From the IMG/VR virus record IMGVR_UViG_3300032272_000051, positions 1 through 32,309 of that record: DNA of 32,309 nt. One strand, 5' to 3'. The stretch's first letter is position 1. Each line of letters opens with the position of its first letter. The notes beneath the pieces were generated by a model. It saw nothing but the letters and a program-made list of their open reading frames with translations, made no database searches and was not told the DNA's origin. Below, one piece after another: positions 15,134 to 24,686 of this stretch. Source of the stretch: a virus (taxonomy: Duplodnaviria > Caudoviricetes). Both the position numbers and the translations under genes were made by a program.

Positions 15134-16809
15134 ACCTTGATCGATTCGAGGAACTGGCTGCCGAGGAGAAGGCGCTAGTAATATCGATCACCAATGAACT
15201 GGAGAAAAGGGAAGAGAACTCCACGGTGTTCGGGCTTGTATCCCCAGACAAGGGGCATCTCCGCTCCATCCAGAAAAACCAGGGTGTGTGGGTAGAGACT
15301 GACAAGCCGGTAGACATTTACATCCCGGCTAAACTTGAGAGAGTCCTCACCACCAAAGCCCGGCAGATATTTATTTTTGGTGGCAGGGGATCAGCAAAGT
15401 CCATCACGGCTGGTGATATCTGTCTTGCTGATGCCCACGATTACAATGCAAAAACCTTTTGTCTCCGCGAATTTCAATCATCGATCAGTGACTCTGTCCA
15501 TGCTCTCCTGGTCAGCGAGATCGAGCGCCTGGAGATCCCAGGCTTTGAGACTACCCAGAATACAATCAGCAAAGGGGAAACCCAGGTCTTCAGCTTCAAG
15601 GGGATATCCCGCAATCCATCATCGGTAAAGTCTGCATTCGGTTTCAAGACCTGGCTGATCGAGGAAGCACAATTCTGCAGTGAAGAATCCCTCGAGACAC
15701 TGATGCCATCGGCCCGTAAAAAACCAAACAAGGGATTGCCCCAGGTGCTGGAGGAAGAGGGACCAGGGAACGAAGGAGTCCGGCTGATATTTGTAGCTAA
15801 CCTCGGCAGCATGGAGGATCCATTCACCAAGCGGATCGCGCCTTATTTGGGGGAAGTAGAGAAACACGGGTATTATGAGGATGATCTGAGACTTGTCATT
15901 AAGATGAACTACTCGGACAACCCATGGTTTATGGACTCAGGCATGGAACGTGAGCGCCTGGAGGACAAGCAAAATATGCCAGCAGCACTATACGATCACA
16001 TCTGGGAAGGCGCTACCAATGACAGTATTGAGGATGCCCTGCTATTGGCAGAGTGGTTCGATGCCTGTATTGATGCGCATAAAACCCTGGGCTTTGAAGC
16101 CAGGGGCGCTGTCATCGGATCGCATGATCCGTCCGACCTGGGGAACGACAGCAAAGGATACTGCACCAGGCATGGCTCGGTGATAACCAGGATCGAAGAG
16201 AAAATCGATGGCAATGTGAATGATGGTGGTCACTGGGCCGCGGATTGGGCGCTAAAGGATAGCTGTGATTACTTTACATGGGACATCATTGGCATGGGTG
16301 CTGGGCTGGTAGAGCAATTCTCAAAGGACTTTGAAGGGAAGAAGGTAGAGATCACGGCATTCAACTCGAGCGAGTCACCGGATGATCCTAATGCACCCTA
16401 TAAACCGGCACTCGAGGAGTATGTCAGGGGGCAACTGCAGAACAAGGATGTATTCAAAAACAAGCGAGCTCAGTATGCCTTTGAATTCCGCGATCGGGTG
16501 TACCGCACCTATCTGGCAGTGACTCAGCCCCAGACATACGGCTACCAGGATCCTGATACATTAATAAGTTTTTCTAGTACAATGCCATTATTGAGGAAAT
16601 TCAGAGCAGAAGCTTGTAGAATTCCACGAAAGTCTAATCGCAATGGCTTGAATGAACTGTATACGAAGGACGAAATGAAAAGCAGATTTAAACTATCATC
16701 GCCCAATCTATTCGATACAGTTATGATGTCGCTAAGATACAAGCCCCCAATCAAGGCTCGGACCGCAGCCCGACCACCTACTATAAAGCCCATGAGGAGC
16801 GGAAGGTAG
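15130..16809 (+). CDS. terL: Terminase large subunit (PBSX-like family)
   Basis: Walker A GGRGSAKS, LREFQSSI.DS, Walker B LIEEAQ, nuclease HDPSD.G.D and SPNLFDTVMM. Confidence 0.96.
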   Translation: MNLDRFEELAAEEKALVISITNELEKREENSTVFGLVSPDKGHLRSIQKNQGVWVETDKPVDIYIPAKLERVLTTKARQIFIFGGRGSAKSITAGDICLADAHDYNAKTFCLREFQSSISDSVHALLVSEIERLEIPGFETTQNTISKGETQVFSFKGISRNPSSVKSAFGFKTWLIEEAQFCSEESLETLMPSARKKPNKGLPQVLEEEGPGNEGVRLIFVANLGSMEDPFTKRIAPYLGEVEKHGYYEDDLRLVIKMNYSDNPWFMDSGMERERLEDKQNMPAALYDHIWEGATNDSIEDALLLAEWFDACIDAHKTLGFEARGAVIGSHDPSDLGNDSKGYCTRHGSVITRIEEKIDGNVNDGGHWAADWALKDSCDYFTWDIIGMGAGLVEQFSKDFEGKKVEITAFNSSESPDDPNAPYKPALEEYVRGQLQNKDVFKNKRAQYAFEFRDRVYRTYLAVTQPQTYGYQDPDTLISFSSTMPLLRKFRAEACRIPRKSNRNGLNELYTKDEMKSRFKLSSPNLFDTVMMSLRYKPPIKARTAARPPTIKPMRSGR

Positions 16810-19002
16810 ATGTCAGACTACGAAACCGATAACGATTATGAAGGTCGAGGTGATGACGATCGCCTTGAAGACATCAAGCGCGAATTCGATCGCAATTTTG
16901 AAGCAAACCAAGAAACCCGCAGAAGGGCAGCAGATGATAGAGTATTTGCATGGGTGACGCAGTGGGATGATACCCTCCTGGAAGACACCGAGAACGCCTA
17001 CCGGGGTGAATTCAATATCATCCGTAAAGGCACAAGGCATATCATTGCCGACCTTAGAGCGAACCCTGTCCAAGTAGACTTTGAACCGGTAGACCAGGCG
17101 CGAGAAGATGGCGCCGAGATCCTGGATGGACTCTACCTGACTGATGACAGACGCAACACCTCCCTTGAATCCTATGACAATGCATCCCTGGAAGCAGTGG
17201 ATTGTGGCGTGGGTGGATGGGAACTGTATACAGAATATGAATCAAAACGTAATGGTGAGAAGCAGCAGGTAATTCGCCGGCGCCCCATTTACGAAGCGAA
17301 CAATGTTTCTTTCCCGGACTGCAATGCCAAGCGCCTGGACAAGTCTGATGCCATGAACTGGGGGATACTTGCCCCATATAGCGCCACTGGCTACTGTCGG
17401 CTGGTAAAGGAACTCACTGGTGAGGACAAGGATGTAGAGGATCTCAATCCGGACAGCTTCGCCCAGCCCGAGCAATCCTATGTATTCCCATGGATATCCG
17501 GACAAAGCGAGACAATCTATGTCTGTCGCTGGTATGAAAAAACCCTGGTAAAAGACAAAGTCCTGACGATGGAGGATCCTGGTGGCAATATCCAGCAGGT
17601 TCTGAACTCCCAGGTCGTGGAAATCATCGATGAGCTCATGGATGGTGGCTACCAGATAACAGATGAGAAAGTCATCGAGCGATACAGTGTCACCCTGACT
17701 ATCCTTTCCGGTGAGGAAGTATTATCCGACGCGGTAGAGATAGCCGGGGAAAACATCCCAGTGGTTCACACCTACGGTGAAAGGACTTTCGTTGAAGGTG
17801 AGGAAATATGGGAAGGCGCTATCAGGCTGGCGAAGGATCCCCAGAGACTGCGCAACTTTATGCTGTCCTATCTGGCTGAGATCGCTACCAGATCACCCCG
17901 TCCGAAGCCTATGTTCACCCCTGAAGAGGTGGCAGGACATGAGTGGATGTATGACAAATCCGGGGCTGAAAACAATTTCGCTTACTATATGTATAACGCT
18001 ATTGATGGCAATGGTAACCCGATCGAGAGATCCAGGGAGATGTTGCCACGGGCTGAGATGCCAGCCGGGATGGTTGAATTGTCCCAGGAGGCTCGCCAGG
18101 CTGTTGAGGATGTCGTCAATCCTGGAGTCCCGGAGGAATTCGCTGACAACCAGATGAGTGGCTACGCCATCGAGCAACTGACTGCCCGCTTCGATCAGCA
18201 GTCACTGGTATATCAGCAGAACATGAAACACGCCAAGCGATATGATGCCCAGGTCTACGCTGGCATGGCCACTATCGTTTATGATTCCCCACGAACAGTG
18301 ACTCTGACTGCCCGTGATGGGACCAGGAAACAGCAAGAATTACTGAGTACCGTGATGGACCAGGAGTCTGGAAACATTGTGGTGCTGAATGATCTGACGA
18401 ATGCAGAATTTGAAGTATTTGCCGAGATCGGGCAATCCTACTCATCAAAACGCGAAAGAACTCGGGATCACCTGGAGAACCTCGCAGAGAAAATGGCTGC
18501 CCTGGATCCGAATCTATCCAAAATTCTGGCGATGCAAGCCCTTACCCTGGTTGATGGTGTGGGACTCGATGACATCCGTGATTATGTGAGACAGCAACTG
18601 CTGATGAGTGGTGTTCGCAAGCCGGAAACCGAGGAAGAGATGCAGATGGTTCAGGAAGCACAGCAGAACCAGCAGCCAGATGCCATGACAATCGCTGCAC
18701 AAGCCGAACAGAGGAAGGCTGAGGCTGACAATATGAATGCCCAGACCAACCAGATTAAGGCTCAGACAGAGCAATTCAAGGCTGAGACAGGGCGATTCGC
18801 TGCCGAGGTGGATGCTGAAGTGGCTGGATCAACAGTCAAGCTTAATCAGGCAAAAGCTGGTGCTGAGGGCGCGAAAGCTTTCAGTAATCTGCGAGGATCG
18901 GCTGGAGTGCAGCAACCTGCTGCCAATGAGCCGGCCGCCCCTGTTCCTGGTCCCAGGAGAATGCGCTACAACCCAGAGTCCCGCAATTTAGAGAGCGCAT
19001 AA
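16810..19002 (+). CDS. Portal protein (P22 gp1-like)
   Basis: 730 aa; DD..F....QWDD.......YRGEFNII...NP....F.P.D......A..L.G.Y..D, IAGE.IPVV..YGE..FVEG.E..EG..RL.KDPQRL.N; C-terminal Gln/Ala-rich barrel. Confidence 0.95.
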   Translation: MSDYETDNDYEGRGDDDRLEDIKREFDRNFEANQETRRRAADDRVFAWVTQWDDTLLEDTENAYRGEFNIIRKGTRHIIADLRANPVQVDFEPVDQAREDGAEILDGLYLTDDRRNTSLESYDNASLEAVDCGVGGWELYTEYESKRNGEKQQVIRRRPIYEANNVSFPDCNAKRLDKSDAMNWGILAPYSATGYCRLVKELTGEDKDVEDLNPDSFAQPEQSYVFPWISGQSETIYVCRWYEKTLVKDKVLTMEDPGGNIQQVLNSQVVEIIDELMDGGYQITDEKVIERYSVTLTILSGEEVLSDAVEIAGENIPVVHTYGERTFVEGEEIWEGAIRLAKDPQRLRNFMLSYLAEIATRSPRPKPMFTPEEVAGHEWMYDKSGAENNFAYYMYNAIDGNGNPIERSREMLPRAEMPAGMVELSQEARQAVEDVVNPGVPEEFADNQMSGYAIEQLTARFDQQSLVYQQNMKHAKRYDAQVYAGMATIVYDSPRTVTLTARDGTRKQQELLSTVMDQESGNIVVLNDLTNAEFEVFAEIGQSYSSKRERTRDHLENLAEKMAALDPNLSKILAMQALTLVDGVGLDDIRDYVRQQLLMSGVRKPETEEEMQMVQEAQQNQQPDAMTIAAQAEQRKAEADNMNAQTNQIKAQTEQFKAETGRFAAEVDAEVAGSTVKLNQAKAGAEGAKAFSNLRGSAGVQQPAANEPAAPVPGPRRMRYNPESRNLESA

Positions 19003-22000
19003 ATGGCAAAGCCAGACCTGCTTAATCCATACCGGGGTCAGCCCATTGAGGTGGAGGTGGGCAATGATACTCTCATTGAATTGCCCCCAGGATCCAGCCC
19101 CCAGGACATGATGAATGCCATCGTGAAATGGCATCAATCCCCTGACTCTGGCAAATTCTACGATCCCCGCCCAAAACTGCTCAAGCCCATTAATGGTGGG
19201 CAATACAGGATCGAACCTGTTGAAGAGACTCTCCGGGATAAGCTGTTCAATAAAGCATTCGACTTCCTGGTCAGCGATAGTGATGATGCTATCTCCAGGC
19301 AAAGGGCGATCAGACGCGCTAGGGATGTGGTAACCGCGATCGACTTCACTCCAGGGGCAAGCGATGCGCTCCTGCTCAGTGATGCCCAGAAAGCCTACAA
19401 TGATGGAGACTTCCTTGAAGCTGCGGTTTTAACCGGGATCACTGCGCTCGGCATTGTGCCGGTGATCGGTGATGCTGGGGCTAATGCACTAAAAAAACTC
19501 AAGGGAAATAAGAATTTAAGCAAGGAAGTCAGAAGGAAACTGAACCTCTGGCATGGATCACCTCACAAATTTGATGCCTTCGACCTGGGTAAGATTGGAA
19601 CAGGTGAAGGAGCGCAAGCTTTTGGATCAGGTTTATATCTGGCTGAGGACAAGGCTGTCGCCGACTTCTATCGAGAACAGGGTGCGCGAGGCATGGGATC
19701 GATATCCCTGTATAACCCTGACATTGATGAACTGGGTGAGGAAGCATGGGAAGAGATGGTCCCGATCATCAATAAGCACAAGATTCCAGGCGATATAGCC
19801 CCAAATCAGACAGAAGCTGGCATGGTTCGCGGTATGCTCGATGACTATGGTGATGTCATGAGTGATGCAGAAAAGGCTGTCCTGGAGCGATATGCGTCGC
19901 CTCCTGGATCGCTGTATAACGTGGAAGTAGATGTCGATCCCGATTCTATTCTGGATTGGGAGAAGCCATTAAGCGAACAGCCCAATGTACTGGAGAACCT
20001 GACAGACTATGTCGCTGCGAAGGCTGCAGAAAAAGGCGGGAATGTCCTGCTGACAGACAAGTACACTCAAATGATCAAGGGGATGCTCGATGCCCCGGAA
20101 GAAGTCACCGGGATGGAGTTATATTCAGAGCTCGGTGATGCACTGAAGTCTGGCGACCAGGCGAAAAACCAGGATCATGCCAGCAAAATACTGAATGAAG
20201 CAGGAGTCCCTGGTCACCGATACCTTGATGCTCACAACCGAGGGCAGCTTGATGCTGCAGGAAGCCCAGCCGAAGGCACTCGCAATTTCGTTATCTATGA
20301 TGATAAAAGCCTGAAGGTAGTTTCCAGGAATGGCCAGCCGGTAACCCAGGAACAGAGAAAGGAAGCCCTGGATCTGTGGCATGGATCGCCTCACAAGTTT
20401 GACGAGTTTGACCTTGGCAAAATGGGATCGGGTGAGGGCGCTCAGGCTCAGGGCTGGGGATCGTACCTTGCAGAAAATCAAGAGGTGGCAGGATTCTATA
20501 AGGATCTCCTATCCACTGAACAGGCTCTTTCTCCTGAAGTACGAAAGGAATTGTCTGAGCAGTTTGCAAAAGAATATCCCCAGGCAATGGCTGATGAAGG
20601 TGTCACAGCCGAAATGATGGCAGAAGGGGATTCGTACCTTCTTCAGAGAATGATTGACGATCACGCTACTCCTGAATTCAAAGCCATGGTGTCAGACAAA
20701 ACCCCTTCAGGATATCTTTACAATGTTAAAGCGAACCTGGATCCCGATACTCTCATTGACTGGGATGCTCACATCCTTGATCAATCAGAAGCTGTCCAGG
20801 GTGCAATAGAACAATATAAAACCAAGAACCCAGAGAAGTGGGCAAAATATGAAGCCGATCCCCCTGATGGCTACATGAACGGACAATCCTTTTATAAGTT
20901 TCTCTCTCAGGAAGAAGGTGGCCAGGAGAAAGCATCCAAGATGCTCAATGGCATGGGGCTTTCTGGAGTCCGGTATTACGATGGCAGTAGCAAAGGCGGT
21001 ATGCCTGTTCTCAATATGGATATCCCGGAGGAGTACGAATTCGCTGCCGATGAGGCTGGATCAGTTATCAGTGACATGGCTGGTGATGTGGATGACGCGA
21101 TATCTATGCTCGAAAATCGCGCTGATGATGGCGATGAGGATGCACTGTATGCCCTGGACTTCATCAATAAGTACAGGACAGAGATCGATCAAACAATGGA
21201 AGCCAGAAAGAGAAACTATGTAGTTTTTGATAGTGATCTGCTGGAGATTACCCATCGAAACGGTGAACCTCTTACCAAGGAAGAACAAGCAGCGATCGAT
21301 GCATGGCATGGATCCCCACACAAATTTGACGAGTTTAGCCTGGAGAAAATAGGTACAGGTGAAGGGAATCAGTCATACGGGCATGGGCTTTATTTTACTG
21401 AGACCAGGGGTATCGCTGAAGACTACGCCAAGATGCGCATCCGCAATAATAATGTCGCTAATAACACCACGATTAATGGAAAGAAACTGCAGGAATTCAA
21501 GGACTCCCTCCCTCCGGAAGAGCGCGAGATATTTGAGGGCGCGATGTCCAATTTTGAGGACCTCTATTCTGGTGGTCACATGGATACTGTGGAATTCGAC
21601 CAGGAATATGCTGATGATTTCCGGGAGATGATTACCCAGGAGAATGCTGGCGAATACATCTATGGCCCTGATGGGCAGCCCATGAATATCGATCCAGCTA
21701 TTGCCGAGTCTCTGGCAACCCGGATGGAATCAATAGTGACAGGCAAACCTGCCGAGAACCTATACGAAGTGGGCATTAACGCGAATAAGCAGGATATGCT
21801 GGACTGGGACTTGCCTATGTCTGTCCAGCCAGAAAAGGTACGGAATGCCTTGACGGAAGCCTACAATGAAACAATGGGTGGATCTTTCGAGCAAATGCTG
21901 GAAGGAAAGGATGTTGATGAGATGATCGGGATCGCCCAGAGAATTGATCCAAACAGTAGCTGGAATGAACTGGAAGACGATGAAGTCTGGGATGTGAACG

Positions 22001-24393
22001 AACTCAGGGAGCAAATGATTGAAGCCTATGCCGATGAGGACATGGCTTCTTATTTTGGTGATGCCAAGCCAATGGAGGCTCAGACAGGTGAGTCAGTATA
22101 CAAACAACTGGCTACCCGGATGAGCCCTGAAGAGATATCAGCCCTGCTGAATAGTAAGGGAATCCCTGGTATTCGATATGACACTGGGACAACCAGGTCC
22201 AAGAGCATCATGGAGAAAAAGCTGGCCACAATGGTAGCCAAGCATGGTGGAGACATCGATGCTGGGCTGGCTGAATTCATGCGAGGTGTACACGAATCCC
22301 CTGCAGAAAAAGCCAAGATGGAAGAGCAATTCAGGAAATCGCTAGAACGCAAAGAGAGCAATCTAGTGATCTTTGATGATTCTCTCATCGATGTGAGATC
22401 CAGGAACGGTGAGCCAATCACTCCAGCCGAGCGCGAGGAGGTGATCCAGAAGTATTACCGGGGCAGTGAGTACAATGATTCCCCCAGGCTGAACCCTGAA
22501 ACCGGGCTGATCCACGTTTCCCCGGATGAGATTGAAGCCGGCGCCTATGGTCCTGTCGATGAGATGGAGATCGATGTGGTGAATCCCTTCGATCCTGACA
22601 ACCCTGAACACCTGGATCTGCTCCGGGAGAACATGGACATGGAGAAATTCGCGCAATCTGCCGACCAGGTGAATGGCAGCAGAACAAGCTGGCTGGGTGA
22701 TAGCGATCTGACACCGGAAGAATACTTCAACATAGGACTCGATGAAGGTGGGCTGTACCAGACAATGGAAATCCCTGCAGTGACGGACCAGATCAAGGCA
22801 CTGGGCTTTGATGCTGTCCAGATGAGGGAGTACCAGGGTGGCGTGAAGAACCTCGCAGTATTCAGCCCGGATCAGATCACCAAGGTGGGAGCGCCTACCC
22901 CGGAGAGACTATTACGAGCGCGAGAGCAGGGCTTTAATACCAGCTTGCCTCTATATCATGGCACTCCAGCAGCAGCCGAGGATATCGATGCGCAAGGAAT
23001 TCTGCCTGGAGAATCTGGTGTCACCTATCTGGCCAGTGATCCGAATACTGCAAACTATTTCACTGATGGTCCTCAAAATGAATGGTTTCAGGGAAGTCCA
23101 GGGAGCACTGCGGTATTCCCCTATTACACGAAAGCGAAGAATTTCTTTGATCCAACAGACTCCGAACAGATGGAGAAGATAATCCCTGATATAGAAGAAT
23201 ACGCCGAGACTTTCGGGGGCATTACTGACGAGTATGGTGATCTGATGCCTACCGACCAGGTTATTGAGCAGATAAAGGATGGCAACTACGAATACATGGA
23301 ACTCGATGGAGTGCAACACGCGATCGGCAAAAATGGCTTTGATGGATTCAAGGTGAAGGAATTCGCAAATGATACCACCTGGAATTATGGGGTATATGAC
23401 ACCGATCACTTGCGATCAGTCTATGACAACTTTGAAGCTGCCCGGGAAGTCCAGCGACCAGGCGCTGAGGGATTCGATCCCAGGTTTTTGAAAGGTGTCA
23501 ATGTTGATCCTCGAAAGGGTGAGATACCGAAGCTTGAAGGGCTGGAAAGGACAGTATCAGCATCAAGAATAGGGGAGATTCCCGAGGTATCGATCGCTGA
23601 CTACGAGGGCAGGGGCTTTATCAGTCACTATGCCGATCGGATGGATGCCGGTGTATTCCTGGAAGCCATCAATGGTGAGGAATTCGATCCCGTCAATCTG
23701 CTGGGTGGCCAGGATTTCATGTTTGATAATCTGGCAGCTTGGGCTGGGGATTTAAAACCAGCAAATATGTATATGCGCCTGGCAAATGAGATCCTGGAAG
23801 AAACCGGACAGCCACCACTTTGGCTACCCTGGAGAATGGCGCCGACAGGTAGTGACTTCAATACCTCAGCCGGTGAGACTATGATCGCCCATGCCTCTGC
23901 CAATATGCGACCAGGGGTGAAGAGATCGCTCAATGCCCAGCTTAAAAAATTAATTCCAGGCTTCAAGTCAGTGGATGATCCAATGTCCATCGAGATGTTC
24001 CGATCGCTGCCCAGAGTCCAGAGAGACAGGGTGGTATCCACCATGGACAAGGGATTCCGGGAGAAGGGAGGATTATCTATATCTCAGGCACGAATGGCTG
24101 TATCAGCCCCTAATCAGATCAATGCGCCACAGTTTGGACTGCAGAACATAGGGGAGATCGATCCGAAAGGAACGATAGAGAGGTCCACCCACAATACCTA
24201 TCCGTATACCATCCCTGGTCAGGGCTTGGGAGTGATGAAGGAGGAGATCGAGATATTCGACATGATCCCTGAATATCTGAAGGCGAAAAACTACGATCGG
24301 ACGCAACCCGAAGAAGGATTGCGCAGATCGCTTGAGATGAACCCGGTGTCGGGTATTATTAGTGCAGACTTATTGAAACGTCTGGGGCTATAG
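19003..24393 (+). CDS. Giant polyvalent protein with five tandem ADP-ribosyltransferase-like (ART-PolyVal-type) modules
   Basis: 1796 aa. Three WHGSPHKFD.F....G.GEG.Q..G.G.Y..E....A..Y repeats (aa 183, 459, 768) and two divergent ones (YYRGS aa 1151; YHGT aa 1318), each ending N[FYL].[VI][FY][DS]. Confidence 0.85.
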   Translation: MAKPDLLNPYRGQPIEVEVGNDTLIELPPGSSPQDMMNAIVKWHQSPDSGKFYDPRPKLLKPINGGQYRIEPVEETLRDKLFNKAFDFLVSDSDDAISRQRAIRRARDVVTAIDFTPGASDALLLSDAQKAYNDGDFLEAAVLTGITALGIVPVIGDAGANALKKLKGNKNLSKEVRRKLNLWHGSPHKFDAFDLGKIGTGEGAQAFGSGLYLAEDKAVADFYREQGARGMGSISLYNPDIDELGEEAWEEMVPIINKHKIPGDIAPNQTEAGMVRGMLDDYGDVMSDAEKAVLERYASPPGSLYNVEVDVDPDSILDWEKPLSEQPNVLENLTDYVAAKAAEKGGNVLLTDKYTQMIKGMLDAPEEVTGMELYSELGDALKSGDQAKNQDHASKILNEAGVPGHRYLDAHNRGQLDAAGSPAEGTRNFVIYDDKSLKVVSRNGQPVTQEQRKEALDLWHGSPHKFDEFDLGKMGSGEGAQAQGWGSYLAENQEVAGFYKDLLSTEQALSPEVRKELSEQFAKEYPQAMADEGVTAEMMAEGDSYLLQRMIDDHATPEFKAMVSDKTPSGYLYNVKANLDPDTLIDWDAHILDQSEAVQGAIEQYKTKNPEKWAKYEADPPDGYMNGQSFYKFLSQEEGGQEKASKMLNGMGLSGVRYYDGSSKGGMPVLNMDIPEEYEFAADEAGSVISDMAGDVDDAISMLENRADDGDEDALYALDFINKYRTEIDQTMEARKRNYVVFDSDLLEITHRNGEPLTKEEQAAIDAWHGSPHKFDEFSLEKIGTGEGNQSYGHGLYFTETRGIAEDYAKMRIRNNNVANNTTINGKKLQEFKDSLPPEEREIFEGAMSNFEDLYSGGHMDTVEFDQEYADDFREMITQENAGEYIYGPDGQPMNIDPAIAESLATRMESIVTGKPAENLYEVGINANKQDMLDWDLPMSVQPEKVRNALTEAYNETMGGSFEQMLEGKDVDEMIGIAQRIDPNSSWNELEDDEVWDVNELREQMIEAYADEDMASYFGDAKPMEAQTGESVYKQLATRMSPEEISALLNSKGIPGIRYDTGTTRSKSIMEKKLATMVAKHGGDIDAGLAEFMRGVHESPAEKAKMEEQFRKSLERKESNLVIFDDSLIDVRSRNGEPITPAEREEVIQKYYRGSEYNDSPRLNPETGLIHVSPDEIEAGAYGPVDEMEIDVVNPFDPDNPEHLDLLRENMDMEKFAQSADQVNGSRTSWLGDSDLTPEEYFNIGLDEGGLYQTMEIPAVTDQIKALGFDAVQMREYQGGVKNLAVFSPDQITKVGAPTPERLLRAREQGFNTSLPLYHGTPAAAEDIDAQGILPGESGVTYLASDPNTANYFTDGPQNEWFQGSPGSTAVFPYYTKAKNFFDPTDSEQMEKIIPDIEEYAETFGGITDEYGDLMPTDQVIEQIKDGNYEYMELDGVQHAIGKNGFDGFKVKEFANDTTWNYGVYDTDHLRSVYDNFEAAREVQRPGAEGFDPRFLKGVNVDPRKGEIPKLEGLERTVSASRIGEIPEVSIADYEGRGFISHYADRMDAGVFLEAINGEEFDPVNLLGGQDFMFDNLAAWAGDLKPANMYMRLANEILEETGQPPLWLPWRMAPTGSDFNTSAGETMIAHASANMRPGVKRSLNAQLKKLIPGFKSVDDPMSIEMFRSLPRVQRDRVVSTMDKGFREKGGLSISQARMAVSAPNQINAPQFGLQNIGEIDPKGTIERSTHNTYPYTIPGQGLGVMKEEIEIFDMIPEYLKAKNYDRTQPEEGLRRSLEMNPVSGIISADLLKRLGL
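19546..22450 (+). repeat. Three degenerate intragenic repeats of the ART-like module
   Basis: TGGCATGGATCnCCwCACAArTTTGAyG at 19549, 20377 and 21304; RNG[QE]P.T..E linkers at 20326, 21256 and 22402. Confidence 0.9.
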
Positions 24394-24631
24394 AAGTATT
24401 AGGGGAGGCATCAACCAGCATGGCTGGATCGAAATCCTCCCCCAAAAAATCCTCTCCCCACTTGAGTGAATAGGCTGACAAGAAAGCCATAACGCTCACA
24501 TGATCGAGATCAGGATATCCCTTCATAGCAAAATGAGTTTCCAGGGCGCGAAGAGCCATGAGTATCTGCTCCTGGTCGAGCGAGAACTCATAATCGTCAC
24601 TGATGAATGGTTTAAATTTCTGCGTATCCAT
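24359..24631 (-). CDS. Small acidic protein convergent with the giant ART gene (candidate immunity/antidote)
   Basis: 90 aa, strong GGAGGT RBS on the - strand; the only well-supported - strand gene in the late region; overlaps the giant gene's 3' end by 35 nt. Confidence 0.75.
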   Translation of the reverse strand: MDTQKFKPFISDDYEFSLDQEQILMALRALETHFAMKGYPDLDHVSVMAFLSAYSLKWGEDFLGEDFDPAMLVDASPNTSIAPDVSISLH

Positions 24632-24677
24632 AGATGTTACCTCCGAATAGCGATTTTACACCTTTTTTACTCATTGG

Positions 24678-24686
24678 TGCTACAAT
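24678..24686 (+). promoter_or_regulatory. Possible extended -10 promoter for the scaffold gene
   Basis: TGcTACAAT about 80 nt upstream of the scaffold ATG; no clear -35. Confidence 0.35.

Noticed and set aside
19003-19545. MuF (SPP1 gp7-like) domain expected after the portal
   Set aside because: No MuF-type motifs (e.g. the C-terminal P.H..CRC) are visible; only the position is analogous.
19546-22450. Repeats as a CRISPR array or DGR template/variable repeat pair
   Set aside because: Repeats are in-frame coding, 0.8-1.1 kb apart, with synonymous rather than adenine-specific differences; no reverse transcriptase or cas gene in the window.
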